This document shows positions 57,423 to 64,000 of a DNA stretch of 64,000 nt, in pieces; the first letter of the stretch is position 1, and every line of letters begins with the position of its first letter. The translations under genes and the position numbers were made by a program. Source of the DNA: an uncultured Gammaproteobacteria bacterium (GTDB taxonomy: Bacteria > Pseudomonadota > Gammaproteobacteria > JACCXJ01). Under the pieces are notes generated by a model that saw only the letters and a list, made by a program, of their open reading frames with translations, was not told the origin of the DNA and made no database searches. The stretch covers positions 128,001 to 192,000 of the forward strand of contig CAVXTM010000015.1 in assembly GCA_963764725.1 (NCBI GenBank), read 5' to 3'.

Positions 57423-59695
57423 AGCGCTCGCGCTGTGCGGGCGGGGGACTCGGCGCCCGCCGTCACGGGCAGCCGGATCACGGCACAGGCGCCTGCGGCC
57501 GGTAAGTTTTCGACCCAGACGATACCCCCGTGCTCCTCGACGATTTTTTTTACGATGGCCAGCCCAAGACCGGTGCCCTTGGGTTTATTGGTCATGTACG
57601 GCTCAAACAGGTTTCCCAGCAATTCCTTCGGGACGCCCGGGCCGCGGTCGGCGATGCGTAGCTCGACGAACCGGTGGCTCGCATCCTCGACACTGCGCGT
57701 GCTAACGGTGATGAAGGGGGGGGCGGACTGGCCTTCACTCGCTTCCAAGGCGTTCTTGATAAGATTGTTCAAAACCTGGCGCAGGCGTCCGGGATCGGCG
57801 TGGGTCACGGGCAGCTCGGGATCGAAATCGGCCGCGAATACGGCGTCGCGATCGACGTTTTGATAGAGATCCAGTATTTCTTGGATTAATTCATTGAGAC
57901 GGCACGCTTTCGGCTGCATCTGGGGGGTGCGGGCATACTCCGAGAACGTATTGACCATATTCTTCATGGTTTCGACCTGCTGCACGATCGTATGGGTGAG
58001 CCGATCGAGTACCTCAGCTTCTTTCGGCGCTAGCGTGCCGAGATATTTTTGCCGCAGGCGTTCCGCGGACAACTGGATCGGCGTTAAGGGGTTTTTGATC
58101 TCGTGCGCTAGACGGCGCGCGACTTCGCCCCAGGCTGCGTCCCGTTGTCCCTGCAGCAGGGCGGTAATGTCATCAAACACTATCACGTGTCCCCGTACCC
58201 GCGCGCTCGCGCCCGCTAATGTCGTACCGCGGCACATCAGCACCTGGCGCCCACTGGTCCCGAACAACTGCACTTGCTCGCGCCAGTCCGAATGCGGCGC
58301 ATCGGGGGCATTGCGCAGCGCGTCGCCGAAGGGCTGCAAATAGCGGAAGGCGGCACAAATTCTGCCTACGCTTTGGCCAAGGAGCGGCACAAGCTCGACG
58401 CCGAGGATCTTACTCGCGGCTGCATTCGCGGTCCGCAGGCTCAGATTGGGATCCAGGGTCAATACGCCCGAGGACAGGCGCCCCAAGACGGCCTCCAAAT
58501 AGGAGCGCTGCGCCTCGACCTGATCCTGGCTGCGCTTGGCCTCATCGCGCGCCAATGCGATCTTGCGGGTCATCTCGTTGAACGATTCGACCAGAAATCC
58601 CAATTCGTCCTGGCTCGACGCGTGTAACTCCCGCCCGTAATCGCCCTCGGCGATTGCCCGGGTTCCAGCCGCGAGATCCTGGATCGGGGCGACCATGCGG
58701 TTGGCGGAATAAAACGCAGCCCAAACCGCGCCCAGGATGCTGAACAACAATACCAAGGTCAAGGTCATTACGAAACTAAGTTTCAGTTGGTCCCGCAGAT
58801 AGGACAGTTCGCGATACTGGAGGTACGCCGAATGCACATTATCGGCGAGCTTATTCGTGCGGCTTGCCACCGGATAGAGCGCCTGCAATAAACCGGGATC
58901 ACCGGCGGCCCCGATCTCCGGCACATTGACGACGACGCGCACAGCGAGCGCGGCGTCGCGAATCGCGTCCAGTCCAACATAACTCCTTCCTTGGCGCAGT
59001 TGCAGCAAAATTTCCTCGCTCGGCAGGTTGGGCACGACCTCGTGGGCACCACTGCTGGAGGCGATAATACCTCCCTTGCGGGTCAGTAACAGCAACTCGT
59101 CTGCGCCGCTTTTCGCCCGTAGCTCGTCGAGATTCATAGGTAAGGCCGGATCGGCCACCACGGTGCTGCTCGGATCCCTGAGCGCCGTGAGATCGAGCGG
59201 CGTGACGGAGATCGGACCCTCCATTAGCTCATAGGTCAACTGTTCCGTCTGCTTCAGAAGCTTGCGTGTCTGCTGGTCGAGGGCGCCGCGGCTCAGATCG
59301 AGCGCGTCTTTCAAAGCCCGGGCCACGCGCACATCGAACCAGCTATCAATGCCACGGCCGAGAAAATCGATGGAAAACCCATAGACGACGAGCAGTGGGC
59401 TCACCGCCAGAGCGACGAAGAGGCTTAGCATGCGCCGGCGCAGCCGGGCGCCGGGCCGGCGCGCGCGCAGATCGCGGTATAGCTGACGGACGTTGAGGGC
59501 TATGAGCACGAGGAAGGTGATGAGCCCAAGGGCATTCACAGCCAAGAGCACCGAATACAACTGGCCGAAACGCTGCGAGCCCTGAGTGGCATTGCTCATC
59601 ATTAACAGAGACGCCAAGAGGACCAGGCTCAATGCGCCGATAGGCAAAAGGATCCGGCGTGCCCGCTTCATACCGTTAAGCTCCATTCGAACCAA
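57419..59695 (-). CDS. ntrY: NtrY-like sensor histidine kinase (HAMP, PAS)
   Basis: AWGEVARRLAHEIKNPLTPIQLSAERL, GTGLGL. Confidence 0.92.
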   Translation of the reverse strand: MVRMELNGMKRARRILLPIGALSLVLLASLLMMSNATQGSQRFGQLYSVLLAVNALGLITFLVLIALNVRQLYRDLRARRPGARLRRRMLSLFVALAVSPLLVVYGFSIDFLGRGIDSWFDVRVARALKDALDLSRGALDQQTRKLLKQTEQLTYELMEGPISVTPLDLTALRDPSSTVVADPALPMNLDELRAKSGADELLLLTRKGGIIASSSGAHEVVPNLPSEEILLQLRQGRSYVGLDAIRDAALAVRVVVNVPEIGAAGDPGLLQALYPVASRTNKLADNVHSAYLQYRELSYLRDQLKLSFVMTLTLVLLFSILGAVWAAFYSANRMVAPIQDLAAGTRAIAEGDYGRELHASSQDELGFLVESFNEMTRKIALARDEAKRSQDQVEAQRSYLEAVLGRLSSGVLTLDPNLSLRTANAAASKILGVELVPLLGQSVGRICAAFRYLQPFGDALRNAPDAPHSDWREQVQLFGTSGRQVLMCRGTTLAGASARVRGHVIVFDDITALLQGQRDAAWGEVARRLAHEIKNPLTPIQLSAERLRQKYLGTLAPKEAEVLDRLTHTIVQQVETMKNMVNTFSEYARTPQMQPKACRLNELIQEILDLYQNVDRDAVFAADFDPELPVTHADPGRLRQVLNNLIKNALEASEGQSAPPFITVSTRSVEDASHRFVELRIADRGPGVPKELLGNLFEPYMTNKPKGTGLGLAIVKKIVEEHGGIVWVENLPAAGACAVIRLPVTAGAESPARTARAL

Positions 59696-60339
59696 GCGCT
59701 GCTCAGACGCCAGCCCGAAGAGAAGTAGGCGATGAGGCTCACCGGCGCCGGAAGCGATTCTATATCCAAGCTCGCCCGGACCCGAGCGTGATACACACGC
59801 CCCGGGCTTAGCCAGCGGCGTTCGAGGATCGGGACACCGCGGATCTTTCCGAGCCCCGCGCGAGCATCCGCTAAGGAGGTAAAACTCTGCCGATCACCGG
59901 TGATGAGATTAACGATGACATAGGTCTTGCTTAGCGCGTGATGTTCAAGCCGGTAACCCTGCTTGACGGTGGCGATGCGCTCGTCCCAGAGGAATCCGCG
60001 CTCGCGCCGCAGCTGGGTCTCGATCAGGAGCTCGAGCGCCACCCCGTTGTCCAGCGCTTCCAGAGACTCTTTACCGAGCTTGAATCCGAGATTGGCGTCC
60101 AGCAAGTAAAAGCCGTTGACCAATCGCAGCGCCGCAGATTTGATTATGATCCCGGCAGCCGAGGCCGGCGCCGCCGCGAGCATCAACAGCAGCGCCATGC
60201 CGGCTAGAGCGCCGCGCCTCGGCAGCGGCTTAGAGTTTGTGAAGACGAAGGGAGGTCGCGTTCCGCCGCGCAACTGCAATACATGAGGATTCCGAGCACC
60301 GCCGGAACGCAACATCCCGAGCGTAGAAGGTTTTTTCAC
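59668..60339 (-). CDS. DUF4390 family protein (start uncertain; upstream part is MITE sequence)
   Basis: EALDNGV, LDIESLPAP; canonical position between rsmB and ntrY. Confidence 0.8.
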   Translation of the reverse strand: MKKPSTLGMLRSGGARNPHVLQLRGGTRPPFVFTNSKPLPRRGALAGMALLLMLAAAPASAAGIIIKSAALRLVNGFYLLDANLGFKLGKESLEALDNGVALELLIETQLRRERGFLWDERIATVKQGYRLEHHALSKTYVIVNLITGDRQSFTSLADARAGLGKIRGVPILERRWLSPGRVYHARVRASLDIESLPAPVSLIAYFSSGWRLSSAWFEWSLTV

Positions 60340-60345
60340 AAACTC
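60233..60345. mobile_element. Small MITE/palindromic element (113 bp)
   Basis: TIR GAGTTTGTGAA / TTCACAAACTC flanked by TTA and TCA; sits on the rsmB stop codon. Confidence 0.65.
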
Positions 60346-61671
60346 TCAGACTTTCCGCAACAGCGCATAAAAGAATCCGTCCGTATTCGCGTCTCCCGGC
60401 AGCAGTTGCACTCCCGCCCCGGTATCCTGGCCGTGCGCTACGGCGATGGGGTCCAAGCGCGCGTCGGCGTGCCGAGCCAAGAAGGCGCGGATCTGGGTTT
60501 GGTTCTCGGCGGGCAGCACCGAGCAGGTTACATACAGGAGCTTGCCGGCATTCGCGAGCAAGGGCCACAAGCCGTTCAAGAGCTGCATTTGCAGGGCGGC
60601 CGATGCCGCGATGTCGGACTCGCGCCGCAGGAGTTTGATATCCGGGTGCCGCCGGATCACCCCGCTGCCCGAGCACGGGGCATCCAAGAGGATGCGATCA
60701 AACGCTTTTCCATCCCACCACGTAGCCGGTACTGAGACGTCGGCACAGTATATCTCGGCGCGCAGGCGTAAACGTTCGAGCGCCGCCCGCAGCGATGCAA
60801 TGCGCGTGGGATCGCAGTCGACTGCGATCATTCGTCGCAACTCGGGATGCATCTCTAGAATATGCGCGCATTTCCCGCCCGGGGCTGCACAAGCGTCCAG
60901 GATCCGGTGGCCGGGGCACGCATCTAACAGCACTGCGGCGATCTGAGCGCCGGCGTCTTGCACGGAGACATGCCCTTGGTCGAAGCCGGGGAGCCGCGAC
61001 ACATCCAGAATTTCCGAAAGCGCGATTGCGTAGGGACTCAAGGAGAGCGGGTGTGCTTCGAGTCCGGCCTGGCTAAGCCGCGCCAAGTAATCCTCACGCG
61101 AGCCGCAACGCACGTTGACGCGCAGGGTCATCGGTGCCCGATCATTGTTGGCTGCGGCGATGCGTTGCCAGGACTCCGGCCAGGCCGTCTTTAGCGCCGC
61201 CAGCAACCACACCGGATGCGCGTATTGCGCAGCCTCGGTGGCCGGCTCGGCGAGCAGCTTGTCGCGGTGCTTCAGGAAAGCACGGAGCACGGCGTTGACG
61301 AGCGGGGCGGCGCGAGCGCGCCCGAGGCGCCGGCTGGCGTCCACAGTCGCGGAGACAGCCGCGTGATCCGGAATACGCAGATACTGGAGCTGATAAATAC
61401 CGATCAAGAGTAAAGCAAAGACCGCGGTGTCGATTTCCTTGTGTGGGCGCGAGAGGAGCTTGATCACAAGCGACTCCAAGGCCGGAAACCAGCGCAAGGC
61501 GCCATAGGCGAGCTCCTGAGCGAGGCCGCGGTCGCGGGGATCACGCAGGTGGCTCAGCAACATCGGCATGCATGCGGCCAAGGACTGGCCCTGCCCCACG
61601 ACGCATGACACGAGCAGCGCGGCAACCGCGCGCGCATCCTTAAGCGGCCGCGGGGACTGCCTACCCGTCAT
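60346..61671 (-). CDS. rsmB: 16S rRNA m5C967 methyltransferase
   Basis: NusB-like N-terminus, SVQD, DACAAPGGK, DAPCSGSG, TCS...EN. Confidence 0.96.
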   Translation of the reverse strand: MTGRQSPRPLKDARAVAALLVSCVVGQGQSLAACMPMLLSHLRDPRDRGLAQELAYGALRWFPALESLVIKLLSRPHKEIDTAVFALLLIGIYQLQYLRIPDHAAVSATVDASRRLGRARAAPLVNAVLRAFLKHRDKLLAEPATEAAQYAHPVWLLAALKTAWPESWQRIAAANNDRAPMTLRVNVRCGSREDYLARLSQAGLEAHPLSLSPYAIALSEILDVSRLPGFDQGHVSVQDAGAQIAAVLLDACPGHRILDACAAPGGKCAHILEMHPELRRMIAVDCDPTRIASLRAALERLRLRAEIYCADVSVPATWWDGKAFDRILLDAPCSGSGVIRRHPDIKLLRRESDIAASAALQMQLLNGLWPLLANAGKLLYVTCSVLPAENQTQIRAFLARHADARLDPIAVAHGQDTGAGVQLLPGDANTDGFFYALLRKV

Positions 61672-62614
61672 GTTTAAGACCCGGATGGGCGTTGAGGAAA
61701 TCCGTCGCGCTCACCGGCTTGCGCCCGGCTGCCTGGACCCGGGTGAGACGCAATATGCCCTCGCCGGTCGCCACATCGATCCCGCCTCTTGCGCCGGATA
61801 GTAGCGCGCCCGGGGCGGCTGGACTGCGGGCCTCGATGGCACGGGCGTTCCACACACGAAATTCCATCCCGCCGAGCCGTGCGAGCGCGACCGGCTTCGG
61901 ATTAAATGCCCGGACCTTGCGTTCCAACTCCGCGGCCGGGCGCAACCAGTCGAGCCAGGTTTCGGCGCGCTCGATCTTATGGGCATAGGTGGCGCCGCCT
62001 TCATCTTGGGCGCGAGGCCGTGAGCGCTCGTTCAAAATGTCCTCGAGGGTCGCGAGTAAGCAGCTTGCGCCGAGCTCGGCCAGCCGTTCCCGCAGGGCGC
62101 CGCCGGTATCACCGGGCAGGATCTCGCAGCGGGCCTGTGCGTAGACGGGACCCGCATCCAAGGCCGCGCTCATCTGCATGATGGAAACGCCGGTTTCACG
62201 ATCGCCCGCGGCCACGGCGCGTTCAATCGGAGCCGCGCCCCGCCAACGCGGTAACAGGGAGGCATGAACATTGATGCATCCACGGCGCGGGATGTCGAGC
62301 ACGGTGCGCGGGAGGATCTGTCCATAGCCGACTACAATCATGAAATCAGGTTCTAACGCGGAGAGGTGGTCCGCTGCCGCCGCATTTTTGAGCGATAGAG
62401 GCTGGCGGATCGCTAGTCCGTGCTCACGTGCCGTGATCTTGACGGCGCTTTCGCGCACTTTGAGTCCCCGGCCGGCCGGCCGGTCCGGCGCGGTGTAGAC
62501 TGCGAGTAAGGAGCCGGGCGCGGCAATGACTAAGGCGCGGAGTATCGTGGCCGCGAACTCCGGCGTGCCCGCGAAAACGATCCTAACCTGCGCAAGCCGT
62601 TCCGGGCCGCTCAT
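61661..62614 (-). CDS. fmt: Methionyl-tRNA formyltransferase
   Basis: [30 protein letters not shown]. Confidence 0.97.
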   Translation of the reverse strand: MSGPERLAQVRIVFAGTPEFAATILRALVIAAPGSLLAVYTAPDRPAGRGLKVRESAVKITAREHGLAIRQPLSLKNAAAADHLSALEPDFMIVVGYGQILPRTVLDIPRRGCINVHASLLPRWRGAAPIERAVAAGDRETGVSIMQMSAALDAGPVYAQARCEILPGDTGGALRERLAELGASCLLATLEDILNERSRPRAQDEGGATYAHKIERAETWLDWLRPAAELERKVRAFNPKPVALARLGGMEFRVWNARAIEARSPAAPGALLSGARGGIDVATGEGILRLTRVQAAGRKPVSATDFLNAHPGLKHDG

Positions 62615-63114
62615 AAGGCGAGTCGTTGCGCCTTTTCCAATTTCTTGCGGAGCCGGTTGCGTTTTAATATCGAAAGGTAGTCCACGAACAGCTTGCCTTC
62701 GAGGTGATCGATCTCATGTTGAATGCACACGGCCAGCAAGCCGTCCGCCGCCAAATTGATCGTCTCTCCCTGGGCGTTAAGTGCCTGTACCTGAATGCGC
62801 TCGGCGCGCTCGACGGTCTCGAAAACGCCGGGAACCGATAAACATCCCTCCTCGGTTTGCTCACGGCCCTCGGTGCCCGTGATGCGGGGGTTGATGAGAC
62901 ACCAAGGTTGGTCATGCCGCTCGGAGACGTCCACGACGATGACCCGTCGGTGGACATTGACCTGGGTGGCGGCAAGCCCGATCCCGGGCGCCGCGTACAT
63001 GGTCTCGAACAGGTCCGAAACCAGTTGCCGCACGCTGTCATCAACGGCTGGCACGGGTTGTGCATTTATCCGAAGGCGGGGATCCGGATAGTGCAATATA
63101 TCTAAGATGGCCAT
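62611..63114 (-). CDS. def: Peptide deformylase
   Basis: [20 protein letters not shown]. Confidence 0.97.
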   Translation of the reverse strand: MAILDILHYPDPRLRINAQPVPAVDDSVRQLVSDLFETMYAAPGIGLAATQVNVHRRVIVVDVSERHDQPWCLINPRITGTEGREQTEEGCLSVPGVFETVERAERIQVQALNAQGETINLAADGLLAVCIQHEIDHLEGKLFVDYLSILKRNRLRKKLEKAQRLAL

Positions 63115-63251
63115 GCCGCGCGTCCTCCTGTCCGATGGCGCAAATCATAGCAGAAGCTGACTCTAAACTTTAGAGAGCTTTGTGAAATTGGGGTGCTTTT
63201 TGCTGAAATTGATCAACAACATTAAACCTTTGCCGTAAGGGCGACACGACA

Positions 63252-64000
63252 ATGAAAAAATATGTATTTCTATTACTCTCCGCGTTGGCCTCCCTACCTT
63301 GCTACGGCGAGGATTTGGCGCTGAACCCGAGCCACCCCGACCGCTATGTCGTGAAGCGCGGCGATACCTTATGGGACATTTCCGCGGTCTTCTTGAGGAA
63401 ACCATGGCTCTGGCCACAGATTTGGCAGGTGAATCCGCAGGTGCGGAATCCGAACCGCATCTATCCCGGCGATATTCTTTATTTAACCTACCGAGACGGT
63501 AAACCCATGTTGGGGCGGACTCGGGGCAGGAACGTCAAATTATCGCCGTCGGTGCGCGCGTCGGAACACGACGACGCGCTGCCGGCGATCCCGCTCGATG
63601 CTATCTGGCCATTCTTGAGCCGGCCACAGGTGGTCGGAGCCGATGAGCTTGCCAACGCACCTTACATCGTCTCCAGTCAGGACGAGCATCTGGTGACCGG
63701 CTTGGGGAATCGCGTCTATGTGCGCGGTCGATTGGATGAGAAAGTCAAGCGCTACACGGTGGTTCGCTGCGGCGAGGTCTATCGGGAACCGCCGGCTGTG
63801 AAGGACGCCAATTATCGAGTCGCTGTCCGCAAGGATGTCGCTCAGGGCTACGCGTCCAATTGTCTGGGCGAGAGCGGCGACGATGTTCTAGGGTACGAAG
63901 CCCTCCATGTCGCCGATGTGGTCATCGACAGGCTGGGGGATCCGGCATCCGCCGTGATTACCAGTTCACAACGGGAGGTTTTGGTGGGCGATCGGTTGAT
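63252..64000 (+). CDS. LysM peptidoglycan-binding protein (TsaP-like), runs off the window edge
   Basis: Manual translation MKKYVFLLL...YVVKRGDTLWDIS..PWLWPQIWQVNPQVRNPNRIYPGD; divergent from def. Confidence 0.88.
   Translation, partial: MKKYVFLLLSALASLPCYGEDLALNPSHPDRYVVKRGDTLWDISAVFLRKPWLWPQIWQVNPQVRNPNRIYPGDILYLTYRDGKPMLGRTRGRNVKLSPSVRASEHDDALPAIPLDAIWPFLSRPQVVGADELANAPYIVSSQDEHLVTGLGNRVYVRGRLDEKVKRYTVVRCGEVYREPPAVKDANYRVAVRKDVAQGYASNCLGESGDDVLGYEALHVADVVIDRLGDPASAVITSSQREVLVGDRL

Overview
A GC-rich gammaproteobacterial-type chromosomal window, mostly conserved housekeeping blocks: cysH/queCE/tol-pal/ruvCAB; dnaE-accA-tilS; dapF-xerC-hslVU-ubiEJB; gpmI/ctpA; secB-gpsA; def-fmt-rsmB-ntrYX. 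Two accessory zones interrupt them. (1) About 9.7-13.0 kb is a scar joining two decapitated operons. It holds a TIR-like stub, a frameshifted group II intron, the 3' end of an hsdS, a KAP NTPase stub, an IS256 fragment and a 15-codon rnhB remnant. (2) About 36.7-44.9 kb is a chromosomal integron next to ubiB: intI with a LexA box over its promoter, attI, and about six cassettes with attC sites. The most notable object is a 2.5-kb element (40865-43355) encoding a tyrosine recombinase plus an IS91-like Y2/HUH transposase. It sits exactly after the AAC of an attC R'' box and its far end restores an AAC, which suggests an attC-targeting mobile element. Other points: an orphan pqqA with sigma54-like upstream architecture beside a PedBC-like ABC transporter, a lipoprotein resembling an iota-class carbonic anhydrase, a RAYT with a REP inside a cassette, and two MITEs sitting on stop codons. 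No rRNA, tRNA or CRISPR array was recognised. Several single-base frameshifts may be assembly errors. All family calls come from motif recognition by eye; no searches were run.
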